Assembly: GCA_951406725.2 (NCBI GenBank)
Contig: OX597818.1
Coordinates: 97,092,001-97,156,000 of the forward strand
DNA: 64,000 nt
Direction: 5' to 3'
Origin: Octopus vulgaris
Taxonomy: Eukaryota
Part shown: in pieces, positions 1 through 12,583 of the stretch
How positions within the stretch are numbered: the stretch's first letter is position 1
Layout of the letters: each line of letters starts with the position of its first letter
Made by a program: the position numbers and the translations under genes
Notes under the pieces: model-generated
What the model was told of the DNA's origin: nothing
Seen by the model: only the letters and a program-made list of their open reading frames with translations
The model's database searches: none

Positions 1-280
1 CTGGTAGTGTTTCTACAGCTGGATGCCCTTCCTAACGCCAACCACTCCGTGAGTGTAGTGGGTGCTTTTTACGTGCCACCAGCATGGATGCCAGTCAAGG
101 CGGCGCTAGCATCGACCACATTTGGATGGTGTTTTTTGTGTGCCACTGGTACAGGTATCACAACTACAATTTCCATTTGATTTTTATTTTGTTTCTTAGA
201 AACTCATTTCTCATTTGTTTCATAGCCATCTCCACCTCTAGAACTTTGAGTTTACATATGACAAGGGATTTCATCTGCAA

Positions 281-1518
281 TATTAGGGTTGTCTGAAAAG
301 GTCATAGGCTGACCAAGATACTCTCATGGAATGTGACTAAATGAGGTTTAACATTGAGGAATCCCCTATGGTCCACTGACTTCTTTTGGGGTTGCAGTGC
401 TTTGATCAATTTAGTGGAAAAGCTTTTCATCCTGTTAGTCAAAAAAGGCATCAACAGCAGATGTATTCATCACTGCAATACTGGTTGGCAGCCAAGTTTT
501 TTTTTTTTTTTCATGTTAGGGAACAGATGAGTTGAACAGGGCCAAATGAGAATAGAGAGCAGTTAACACGATCAAAGCCAGTCATACACAGCACAAGGAC
601 TTATGTGCTAGAGCATTATGCTGATGAAATAAGACCTCTTTCATCAGTTTTTCTGGGCTTTTGATCTTAATAGCCATCTGTAACAGCATCAGCAAGTTGA
701 CATAGTACTCTTCATTGATGATGTGGCCCTTCTGAAGATAGTCAATAAACAATGCCTTTTACATCTGCTAAAAACAGGCCATCGCACCCCTTGCAGATAA
801 AAACAAACTTGGCCTTCTTAAAGCAGGCGAAGAGGTGTTTCCACTTCATGGATTGGCTCGTTGGCTGAAAATGAAGACGCCAGCACTCATTCTGGCTTAG
901 GAAAATGTTCAAGCTGGATCTACCTCAGACAATGTCAGATTTTCCCATGATGTGATCAGCCTGGTGTGCTTTTGATCAGGTGTCAGAAAACGTGGCATCT
1001 ACTGAACAAAAACCTTTGTCATGCTAAGTTCATTGTGGAGAATATCCTCAATTCTCTCATGGGATATGTTAATAGCATTGTCTATTTGATTTATTGTCAA
1101 TCACCTGTCATACATTACCATGTGGTGAACATGTTCAGTGCATTTTCGGCAGTGGCAGTTACAGGATGTCCAGACTTTAGGTCAGTTTCAAGATTCTCCC
1201 GTCCTTACCTAAATTCAGCTGGCCACTTTATGTGCTAGTGATAAAACTGGAGTGTCATCTCCTAATGTGTCAGCATGAATGACCTTGCAGGCTAAACCCA
1301 TTTTCTGCAGGTAGTTAACACTGGAATGCCAAATTTTGTTTATTTTGAAGAGAAGTTGCTACTAGTTACTTTTGAAGTCTTCCTTGACAGTCAAATGTCA
1401 GTTTACCTAGAAAGAAACAATGCAGTTATTAGTAGTTGAAGTTACAGCATGCAAGGTTTCACTGCTGTAGCAGGACTCTTTCCTAGTCAGCCTATGAACT
1501 TTTCAGCTCACCCTCATA
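281..1518 (-). mobile_element. Full-length decayed mariner transposon (about 1.24 kb)
   Basis: TIRs TAttagggttgtctgaaaaggtcataggctgac / gtcagcctatgaacttttcagctcaccctcaTA, with TA at both ends; mariner-typical size; no intact transposase ORF. Confidence 0.85.
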
Positions 1519-3436
1519 CACTCTGTCCCAGTTTATCTCCTGTCTCTGAATGCATATTATCTATTATACTTTTCTCACTCAACACTGCTCTATGTACATT
1601 TTTCACCAGAGAATGACTTCGTATTCCTAGCCAGTTGTTTGTCCCATTCCCTGGTAAGCATAGTCTTTGCCAGAGTGGTAGCAATTGGGTGGCTGGCTGG
1701 TTTTCTAAAATTTGTTTTGCAAAAGATTATCATTTGTATCACAGAATACCAGCATCCTTGATTTTTCTTTATTCCTTATACCCAAACCATAGCTTCCATG
1801 TACACCCTAACTTAGCCTTATCATGGTATTAGTCATAACAAAGTTGCTGTAGTCTTTTATTAGTCTGCAAGAGGACCTTATAGAAATGATTATTTTGCTT
1901 ATGTCAGCTTAACTGTGACTCATTTTCAAAAATCATTGTTATTGCTGTGTTGTGTATGACTGTCCTAAGCTTAATCTTTTTAATACTTAAATCCCCCTTT
2001 GAAAATGTAAACAAATATCCTGTAAAGGATTTAAGAAATTTCTTGGATTTTTGAGATTTTGATATTTCAATGTTCAAACCCCACCAGTCACTTTACAGTA
2101 TGGACTGGGTCCATTTTATCATAATATCAGCATCAGAGAGATTGTTCTTACTATTGTTTTAATTTACAATTACTGTCCTAGATGAGTTGTTTTCTGCAGT
2201 TCATAGAATCTTTGTTTCCATTATATAATTAAGGCAGAACCATTTTCATGTAATGTTGGGTTTGTTTTGATTGTCCAGTTTCCTAGATGGGTTACTGTCA
2301 CTACTTGGTGGGAAGGAGAAGGGTCATTGGTAACTGAAAGGAGGCCTTTGCTGGAGGACTGAACCTAATGAGTATAAATTTACCTGTTATGGGAAGAAGT
2401 GGGATTCCTTCTAGTAGTAATTTAAGGCTATCTCCATAGCATTTGTAGATCACAAGACAAGCCAGTGAGGATGTCACTATAGGGTTGATCCTGCTATCAA
2501 TAGAAGCCAAACACTCCTTAAGTAGCCTACTATCTTAAAAGTGAAAAAAACATTTGTCATAATTACTTTTCCAAGTTTGTATGGGTCAGACAAAATTCAT
2601 TGAGACAGTTTCTACAGCTAGAAACCTTTGTCACCAATCCTCACCTGATTCCAAATGAATAATACTGCTTGTATGACAGTGATACTTATTTACAAGTGTT
2701 ATATGATGTCAAACCCATGAAATGTGCATGCACAACAGGCTTCGTTGAGTTTCTGTCTACCGACTGCACTCAAGGCTTTAATTGGCCTGAGGATGTATTT
2801 GAGGTGCCACATAGTTGGACTGAACCTAAATCAAATTTCTTTGTGACACAGTTATGATACCTGAAACGGCATTTTTGAAAAGATGTGTTGATCTCAAATG
2901 TTTTACGAAAGGATTAAAAATACATTGGATGCAAAAGTGGATTGAGAAAGTGGTTAAACTCGTTTTAAGAGAATAAGGTCTTACAGCTGAGGTGATGCAG
3001 GATTGAGATGCATACAAAAGAGTTGTATTACAGATCTGCAATGATATAAAAATTGATTGTATTGCAGACTGTTTTTATGTGCAGATAGTCTTCTATTATT
3101 CTCTTTGGTTCGATTACCACACAACTAGCCTTATAGAGTATAAAAGATTTTGGTAATCTTTGTCATATTCATTTCCATATTATCATTATGAATTAGCTCA
3201 GGAAGTCTCTATTTTCAGTTGATTAATTACATTGTGGTTATGAGTCATAAACTTTTTTAAAGCAGTAGGCTTCATTTTATTATCTAAACTGTAATTGTTG
3301 TCTATTGGCAATCACAAAGGCAAGTTTGAATAACTTGTCAGAATGAACTCTTGTTTAACTGGACATTCAGCTGTTTCTGTCTATTTTGAAGTGTTTATTG
3401 GATGGTTTTGAATTAGGTTTTGTTTTTGTTGTTTAG

Positions 3437-3483
3437 ACATTTTAACTGCCAACAAAGAAATGTCCTGTCCCTGTGTAATAGTG
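3437..3483 (+). CDS. Candidate exon (ILTANKEMSCPCVIV), phase 1-0
   Basis: ttttgtttttgttgtttag|AC...GTG|gtaact. Confidence 0.3.
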
Positions 3484-3984
3484 GTAACTCTACTTGACTC
3501 ATTTTACATAGGTTCCATTCCTATTTTGATCGTTAGGAATGGGACTCAGATCATCATCTTTGTTTTAACGACCACTTTTCCATACTTGCATGAATCAAAT
3601 GGAATTCATTGAGGCAAGTTCTCTGTGGCTGGATGTCCTTCCTGTTGCCAATCTGCACCAGTTTACATAGAAGATTGGAAATGACACTGCTTATATGATG
3701 GTGATGCTTGTTTACAACTGTTGTGTGATGGTAAGATAAAAGGACACTCAAACATGCATACACACATATATATATATATATGATGAGTTTATGTTGGACA
3801 AATGGTATAGAGGAGTGCTCAATACATGTAGAGGATATAGTGTTTTTTTTTTTTTTTTAGTGAAATTGAAACCGAGTTTGTCTTGTTCCTTCTTTCATGC
3901 CAATCTTGTCTGAAGATCACAGTGGTGTGCAATTCAAGTTGCAAAGCATACTTTCAGTTTCAGTGAAAAAAATAAACTATACAT

Positions 3985-4350
3985 AGGTGCTGGCATGGTC
4001 GTGTGGTAAGAAGCTTGCTTCTCAGCCATAAGGTTCTGAGTTCAGACCCACTGTGTGGCACCTTGGCAAGTGTCTACTATAGCTTTGGGCTCACCAAAGT
4101 ATTACAAGTGGGTTTGGTAGATGGAAACTGAAAGAAGCCTGTTTATGTGTGTCTCTTTGTTTTTGTCCTCCACTACCACTTGACAACCAGTGTTGGTGTT
4201 TTCACTTCCCTTAACTTAGTGGTTCGGCAAAAGAGACTATAGAATCAGTACCAGCCTTAACAAAAAGTACTGGGGTTGATTCATTTGACTAAAAATTCTG
4301 CAAGGTAATTCTCCAGCATGGCTGCAGCCTGACTGAAATGGGTAAAAGAT
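3985..4350 (+). mobile_element. SINE family A
   Basis: Same head, body and tail as the 37905 copy. Confidence 0.85.
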
Positions 4351-4569
4351 ATGCACGCACGCAACGGGCTTTGTTCAGTATTACACCTTCTTGTTGACTC
4401 TAGTTTTTTTCATTTATATATTCACACACGGCAGATGCCCAAACACAAACCTGGGAGTATGTATAATACTATTGCTGGATAGCACAGGGTAAATCTGAAG
4501 GTGGACAAGCTTTATACTGTTCTTGACTACATTAACAGAATATATCATAACTAATGTATATGTATGTAT

Positions 4570-4614
<45 letters not shown>

Positions 4615-7045
4615 CTATGTTTTTGATTGTCTGTCCCTCACCATTGCTTGACAATGTTGCTGTGTTTATGTCCCTATAAATTAGTGGCTCAGCAAAAATA
4701 GAATAAGTGCTAGGCTTAAAAAAAAAAAGTCCTGGGGTTGATTTGCTTGACTAAAACCCTTCAAGGCAGTGCCCCAGCATGACTGAAACAAAAGATCGTC
4801 ATATTTACTAAACAAATAGGCTAGTTTGAGCCAGGTGGTTTTCATGTGTAATTTAACAATTATTAGTTATGAGTAGAAATGAAATATAGATAACTTCTGA
4901 ACTTACTTTGAGATTTACAAATATATATTTTGGAAATGTACTTGCCTAACAGGTGATTTAATCTGAGACTGTGTTGAAAGTAAAACAATTACAGCATGGA
5001 AGATGCTCATTTGTTACTCAAAAACACAAACTTCACTTCACTTAAAAATTTTATTAATTTGGTGTTTCAAATATGCTTCTCTGGAAATATAACCATACCT
5101 AGATTTCTCAGATTTTCTTTCTTTCAAACTCTGTTTTACACATAATACTCAAGTTTATCTCATTATTAAAGTCGTGATTTATTTCAATTATTTTGCTTAT
5201 TTTATGTCATATATTTGTGAACAGTGATGTCATTGTTTCTAACTGGCTATTCACTTTTGATAGGAGATTGGCAAAGGAGTGTCTGAACAGCTTAAGTGGA
5301 TTAAATACAGATTCTTAGCAATTTGATGCTTCTATATGCTCATAGTCGTGTGTGGGTGGTGTGTGTCATTACCATTAAACATCCACTTTTATATGCTTGT
5401 GTGGATCAGATGAAGTTTATCAAAGCCAATTTTCTATGACTGGATACCCTTCTTGTTGCTAACCCTTGCCTGTTTCCAAGAAAGGCAGCATTTTCCCAAG
5501 GTCAAAAACGTTTTTGCAGAATATTGGAAATGATTCATTTACAGCATTACATGTCAAGTAGACGCATACATAAATGTAAGCACACACTCAAAAGGCCTAC
5601 TTCAGTTTTCATCTAAATTGACTTTTGGCACAAAAAATAGCACACAGTACACTGTAAAGTGTGTACTGGGTGTACTTTTACAATAGAGAAAACATTCAGA
5701 CATAGAAACCATGTTAAAGCTGAGATTGGAGCTTGTTGTGGCCCTGCTGGATCCTGTTAAGCCATCCAACCCAAGCCAGCAAGGAAAATGGATGTTAAGA
5801 TTACGTGTGTGTGTGTGTGCATATCGATCATCTGTATTGACTAAACTATTGAATATTTCCTCAATGCACTTCCAATTCTTTCTTGATTGCACTCTTCTAT
5901 ACCATCTTGTCCCAAGTTGTTTAACTAAATATCTTACTGGTATTGAGTTCTTCTGAGTGGCCTTTTCCGATCTCTTGGATACCACTTGGCCACTTTCACA
6001 GGTTCACTTGTTTGAATCTTGGGCATGTCTGATGCAGAATCTTTGTTTTTGGTATTCTGCAATCACAGCAGTCACTTAACTCCATTTCCAACTGACCTCA
6101 TTTCTGATATTCTGAGCATGGATCTTTCCATGGCTTTTTGTATTATAGCCAATGAAAATTCGTTCTCTTCATAGTAGTCCATGTCTTACTTGTGTATTTA
6201 AGTGCATGTAGGATGGTACCATTGAAGAAACTGGCATATTGGGTCTTGTACATCTTGGCTTTGGGCACATCTTTTATTTCAGTGTATATGCTCATACAAT
6301 TTGCCATATTTAATTCACAAGGCATTGGCTTATCCCAGAGTCTATGGTAGATGCTAACCTAAGATGCTGTGCAGTGAGATGGTTCCAGAACTGTATGGTT
6401 GTGAGGTGAATTTATTAACACAGCTATCCATGTTCTCCTGCACTTCATTGCATATCTTAGATGCAAAATAGCCAAATGAATATGGTATTCAACTTTCAGA
6501 TCTTATTTCACTTAGCTGTTCATAACGTCCTGATCTAGCTATGTTATCATAAGGTTGGCATCCTATCAAAGAGGAAATTTACCATTTGTTTTTAACACCA
6601 TAACCTTTTTGTTACCATATTTCTGTTGAAATATACCAATCTTTGTTTTAAATAATTTTGAAAATGATTTTGTCAACAGCTTTGTCATTAGTAAGCTGGT
6701 GTTTGGAACAACTTAGCATGCAATTTTGATGGAGGGTTTTAATTATCACTTTAAAACATAGAACTAGGGGTGGTTTTAGGTATGTTGGTATCAGAAGGAT
6801 TAAGAAAATAAAAGAATCAACCCAACTTATGGTATTTAATCATCCCAAATTGCACACACACCATTGTCATTCTCATCAGCACAAATTTAGACTTGTGACT
6901 AGCCTGTAAGAAATCTATAACTAATGACACCATTATTCACAAATACATAGAAAATAAAGTAAATATCATCAATGAACCAAGTCTTCTCAAGCTCAGTGCA
7001 TGTATTGATTTCGGTCAACAGCTTGAAATGATTTTTAAATTTCAG

Positions 7046-7104
7046 ATGCATGAAAGTGAAAATGATCTTGATGATATCACGGTCTTATATGTTGATAGAA
7101 ACAA
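7046..7104 (+). CDS. Candidate exon (MHESENDLDDITVLYVDRN), phase 0-2
   Basis: tttttaaatttcag|ATG...AA|gtataa; protein-like composition, weak donor. Confidence 0.3.
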
Positions 7105-7514
7105 GTATAAATTGATTTATAAGTGTAGCTTTTGTGTATGTAAACATATGCTATCAAAGTGTCCTGTGTTTAGTAAAGCTTGTATAAAATGTGAGAAAAG
7201 GATCCTTTTAACTCTTAACATATCTCGTATTACTTTCCAGTTAATATTGTGAAATGATTTTATAAAATGTCATTTGTAAGCTGGTTTTTGTAATATAAGC
7301 ATAAAATTTTGATGCAAATGTGAAGCAAGTTTAATTTAAATTGCTTGAAATCATGAAATTTGTATACATAGACTCAGGAGCAGTTTCAGGAGGGCTTATA
7401 TCAAAGGGCATAAATACATGTGTATTTTGTGTGAGCATAAAACCACCTAAGAAATAAAACTGATAAAAGGCTAAACTCCCAAATGAAGTCCTATTGATTT
7501 GATATCTTTTATTA

Positions 7515-7860
7515 GACTACAGCGATGCTGGGGACACCACCTTGAACAATTTTTTAGTCAAATGAATTGACCCCAGTACTTTTTATTTTATTAAGCCTGG
7601 TACTTATTCTATAAATCTCTTTTGCCAAACCACTAAGTTATGGAGATGGAAACAACACCAGTTGTCAAGCAGTGGTGGGGACAAACACAGATATGCACAC
7701 ATATATGATGGTTTTCTTTCAGTTTCCATCTATCAAATCCATTCACAAGTCTTTGGTTGGCCTGAGGCTATAGTAGGAGACACTTGCCCAAGGTGCCACA
7801 CAGTGGGACTGAATCCGGAGCCATGTGGTTGGGAAGCAAACTTCTTACCACACAACCTTG
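7515..7860 (-). mobile_element. SINE family A
   Basis: Same head, body and tail. Confidence 0.85.
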
Positions 7861-8266
7861 CAACATATTTTTATTGGCAAAGTCTATGAGAAGACCTTCT
7901 AAATAGTTTTTGGTCATCTTGAACTTGCTTGTTGTTTGTGACATACTTTGAATATGTCTGTTATAATCTGATGATGTATAAATTCCTCATAAGGACAAGA
8001 TAAAGCACTCCTCATATATGCTTATACTTGTATATACATGTTTGCATTAGAGTGTGCTTGTAAATGAGTATGTAGACTTGCATCTGTGTGTGTATGTTTT
8101 CAGATATAAATGTATGTGTTTGGGTGCATGTGCTTGTATATGCTTTGGTGTACTACAGAAGACTGAAAAAAAATAAGTGGGAGAGTAGATAAGGTTTGGT
8201 CATTGATCCAGTAGTTAGTTATGGCTAAATAATTCAGTTTTGGAGAGATAACATTTGTGGATCTTG

Positions 8267-8374
8267 ATGGATGAAACTATTACTGATGACAGTATGCAAA
8301 CACAAAAGCAGGCATCTAACAGATTTTCTTCCTTTTGGGAACATGGAATGTTATTGAAAGAGAAACTGAATACT
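8267..8374 (+). CDS. Candidate first coding exon (MDETITDDSMQ...KEKLNT)
   Basis: ATG with an in-frame upstream TAA, 36 open codons, then GTTGGT donor and an 81-nt intron in phase with 8456. Confidence 0.35.
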
Positions 8375-8455
8375 GTTGGTTAGTTAAATACATAATGTTC
8401 TTGTGTCTATTTGGTTTTGAAATTACCAACTTTTTTCTTTTTTTGCCATTTAAAG

Positions 8456-8494
8456 TTGCCAAAGGATAATTTCAGCACACTTGATGAGATGGAG
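8456..8494 (+). CDS. Candidate upstream micro-exon (LPKDNFSTLDEME), phase 0-0
   Basis: Long T tract..taaag|TTG...GAG|gtcagt. Confidence 0.45.
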
Positions 8495-10448
8495 GTCAGT
8501 GTTTTGTGAGACACTTCAGAAGTAATATTCTGAGCAGTTAGTTGGCAAAGAGAATGGTATTTTGGTGATGGTTAACTAGATGTATGGGTTCATGTAGTCA
8601 TTATATGTTGTTAGGCGTAGTTAAAGAATTAAATTTGTATATTGAGAAAGACAGTGGATAGTCATTTGCCTTTTGTATTTTAGATGTGATTATTTTGTTT
8701 TCTTGGAGGGTTAAAGATTTTTTGGAGTTTTTGAATTTAATGTTATGTTTGTAAATGTCTGTATGTACACATACACTCACTGTCTGTCTGTCTCTTCTGA
8801 CCTGGATTTGGCATGGGAGCAGAGATGAGAGAATGTGATTCACTTGACTGTGTGGCACACTGAAAAATTCATATAAAACGTTTAAAAAGAATCGACAAAG
8901 TTAAAAATTTAGAAAAGAAATGTATCTGGATAGTGTGTGTGTTTCTGTTTTCTAGTCTTGACATTGCACACCAACTGTAAATAATCACCATCCTACAGTG
9001 TCGTTTGCTTGTAGTCTTGTATGGAAACTTGTCCAGACTACGGGAAGGCATTAGCCTTACTTGGAAATGGTGAGGGCTAGTGACAGGAAGAGCATCTGGC
9101 CATTGAAAATCTGCCTCAATGAACCCTGTTTGATCCATGGGAATGTGGACATTAAAACAATAATGATGGGGGGGGGAACTATTGCTGACCATTGTTAATC
9201 ATTTTAGCATCCACTCCTTCATGCTAGCATTTTTGCCTTCTTGATCTTTATGCTCTTGCTTATGCCGTGTCTCTTCATGAAATGGCAGCTCCAAGATGAA
9301 AACCCAGCAAATTCATCTTGTACATTCCTTTGTCTGCTAATCTCAAATAGTTTCATCTTTGTTGAGACTGTGTACCTCTTACTTTATGTATCCATAAATT
9401 TATGGTTTCCCCCAGTGAGACTTTAATGCTTGTATGATGAAGACTTTGTTGTTCCATTTCCGTTTTCTTCAATGTTTCTTTTCTCCACTCATAAATCATT
9501 TTTTATTCTTTTTACTTGGCAGTGGTCCATACTGTTGCTCAGTTGTCATATTGTTTGGTATATTCTATAACTTGTAAATTGTAACTAATTATGTATGTAT
9601 GTTTGCCTTCTGTTTAATTGCCAATGTGTAGTGTTGTGTCATCTGAATTACTAAAATAGTCAGCTTTACATCAGTGGTACTATGTCTGCCTACACAAAAG
9701 ATGTGTGAATCATGACTGATTCATTGTGTGTGTGAGTCAGTAAGTTTGGATTTATATTGCCTTCATGTGTGCTTACTTGCTGGTTGTAAATAATGGCTTC
9801 GGTGATGGTGCTGCCCACTTGCTATCCACTGCAAAAGCATATTCCAGCTTCATAAACAAATGGTTCATTCATATGGTTTTTTTGTTTCCAGTTCTCCATG
9901 TAATCATGTCTGGGTTGGCAATAGGAAGGTTATCTTACTGTAAAAAAAAAAAAAAAAAAAACTCGGCTCCAACATACTCTCATGCAAGCCTGAAAAAAAT
10001 AGATTTAAAAAATGACATTATAAACCAATATGATGATCATAGTTCTGGGATATATTGTATGTGAATTCTAAATGTCTACATCTTAAGGTGTGGAGTAACT
10101 TTAGGTTTTTTTTCTGCCCCCTCAAGGTAAAAATGTTTTGTAAGTCAAGAAATGTGGTAGCCTATAGCTATTTATAGTCATTTACATTATCATTTTGGTA
10201 AATCAGTCTGATTTACTTCAGAGTGAGTTTTGTAGGAAGTGTAGTCAGTTAATTGAAAAGAGATATATATGCACACGTGTATTAGATAACACATCACAGC
10301 AATGATTAAAATTTGTATTGTTTCTCATTAGATATACCTTAATGTACATTTGAGATTGTCATTCGTTTATATATATATATATATAATTTTTTTCCGTAAT
10401 AAGATAAAAAAACCAAAGCTGTGTAGATTTTAGAACATTTATAAATAG

Positions 10449-10496
10449 GTCTTACAGCTGTTTCTAGGATATTTACTATATCCCTTCATTGGAGAC
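10449..10496 (-). ncRNA. Degenerate minimal type-I hammerhead ribozyme (Penelope-like/retrozyme type)
   Basis: Reverse complement: gtct CCAATGA a gggatat agtaa atatcct a GAAA c agct g TA agac. Stems I, II and III pair, but the core reads CCAA instead of CUGA. Confidence 0.6.
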
Positions 10497-11644
10497 AGTG
10501 TGAGAAGATGGTTAAGCAATAGTTAATTCAGAGAAGATACGAAGTAGAGAGTGAGGTGGAGGAATGAAAATAGATGAGCTATGCAGGGATATTGTATTTA
10601 TATGTATATATATATATGATTCCAATACCTTATGAGTAAAATCCAATAGTATTTAAAATTGGTCATTTCAAGTGTAGAGTTTATACACAGTGTTATTGAA
10701 TCAAGGGTTGGCCTTTTTCCACGCTGGCATGGGCTGGATGGTTTGGCCAAAACTAGCAAGCTGGAGCTGCACCAGGTTCCGGTCTGATTCAGCTTGGTTC
10801 CTCTGGTTCCTAATGCCAACCATTTTAGTGTGTGGTGGATGCTTTTTTTTGTGGCACTGGCACAGTTTTCTTGCAGGCCAATCCTCTTCACCAGCAGTTC
10901 TGCTGTGGAGGATAGGTCTTCCTGATTACAGCAAGGCACCCAGTATCTTGGTCTTTTGTTTGCAACACACACACATTTATGTATTTTTTTTTCTTGCCAA
11001 ATAAACACACGCACTATATATTCATTCTTAATTCTTTTTATGTCTATTGTCTGGAAGAGGTCACATTTATGTGACGAAAAATTCCCAGGCAGTGGACATA
11101 AAATAAGAACAATAAACAAATGTAGAATTAATATATGGTGTTTATTTGGTAAGAAAACATTTCAGATTCAGTTCTGTTGCTTAGCAACTTGGGCAAACAT
11201 CTTCTATAGCTCGGGTCAACTAGGAAACTGAAAGCAGCTCATTGTGTGTGTGGTGGTGGTGGTGGTGGTAGTAGTAGTAGTAATAGTAGGCTGTGTATTT
11301 GTCTCCTGTTGACATCATGCAATAGTTGTCAACTAACATTACCATCATACTGTCATTCGTTTGCAACATAATGGAATGTCTGTCCTGCCATTGTTACTGT
11401 TCATATTCAAAGGATGGGGAAATATTACTTTGCTTTGAAACAGCCTATCCCACGAGTGTTAATAGTATATTCACTAATTCTTTAGTAAAGAAAAAATTGG
11501 CCATTCAGTTTTGCACTGGAACCCAAGGTAAACATGTTTATCAACATATCAAAGCTAGGAGCAATAATCAAACTGTTGTTAAACGAGTATTTTCAGTTTG
11601 TCAACATGAATATTGACTCAATTTCAGTTTCTTGATTGACTATA

Positions 11645-12000
11645 TTATTGAGAGGATAGAGGTGATGTAAAAGAACGGATGAGTTTCGGGAGTTAGTGGA
11701 AGAGTGCAAGAATGGGTGGAAAATGAGGTGTTTACCTGTGGAGGTTGGCATTTGAGGGGTTGCAGGTCATATCCTGAGTAAGGCTTATGAAACACTAGGC
11801 ATTACATGAATGAACAGAAGAGCCTCAAGACAAACATAAAGCTTTCAACTGAAAAGTGGTGATTGGTGGGGTCAGAATGCTACTTGAACACAGACCTAGA
11901 TTTGATCAGTTTATGTTCAGGGCACCTGCATGAGGGTGTGCATTGTAAGACCCAAAACTGAGGATATAACACTAACAATGTGTCCAAGTATTGCATCTTG
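11645..12000 (+). mobile_element. 3' fragment of an RLE-type (HERO/NeSL-like) non-LTR retrotransposon
   Basis: Translates EFRELVEECKNGWKMRCLPVEVGI*GVAGHILSKAYETLGIT, resembling the KY.EL..GW...P.EVG.RGF motif after the RLE endonuclease. Confidence 0.75.
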
Positions 12001-12065
12001 AGATATTGAACTGAATGTATTTCTAGTTAAATTTATCATTGTGGAATAAGCTTGTTAATTCATCA

Positions 12066-12583
12066 TACTAGGTCTGATCAAAAAGTATCAGGACTGTTGC
12101 TATGGTAATAGAGCTAAAGTATGCAAAGTGAAGCTGCTTGGTACAGATTAACCTTGAACTCTGTTACTCATTCACACTTCCATTGTTTATAGAAGTGCTT
12201 GGAAATAAAGTGTATAGAGTGTGGTAGTATCAAAATGAGTGGGTTTCAGCTGTGCAGGATCTCTTTGATTTTGTCGAGGAAAATGGAAACTTTTTGAAAA
12301 TGGTCATAACAGGTGATGGGTATATGGCTATGACCCTAAAACCAGGCAAAATTGAAAGGAACAAGATTTCAAGATGTCGAGGAAATCCGAGAGAATGTGA
12401 CAAGGCAGCTGCCTGCTGTCCACAAAAAGGAGTTCCAAGAATGCTTTCTTCAATGGAAACAATATTGTCTAAGTGTGTGGCTTCAGACGGGGACTACTTC
12501 AAAGGAAGTTTAATACTGAATTGATATGTATTGTAGTTTTCTTTCTTAGCACCAGTCCCAATACTTTTTGATCAGACCTTGTA
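12066..12583 (+). mobile_element. Internally deleted mariner element
   Basis: TIRs TActaggtctgatcaaaaagtat / atactttttgatcagaccttgTA; residual FLKMVITGD..YGYDP joined to C-terminal RFQDVEEIRENVTRQL. Confidence 0.88.

Noticed and set aside
1700-3200. Possible decayed Penelope-like ORF on the minus strand
   Set aside because: Too degraded to read any RT or GIY-YIG motif by eye.
3990-4065. tRNA-like A/B boxes at SINE heads
   Set aside because: No complete cloverleaf; always attached to SINE bodies.
5263-5320. Possible exon after ttttgatag
   Set aside because: All frames hit stops before a good donor.
7046-7104. DDITVLYV as a PP2C phosphatase motif
   Set aside because: Short match only; no other PP2C motifs or exons found.
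10598-11119. 173-aa minus-strand ORF
   Set aside because: Runs across RTE UTR and microsatellite sequence with no protein-like motif.
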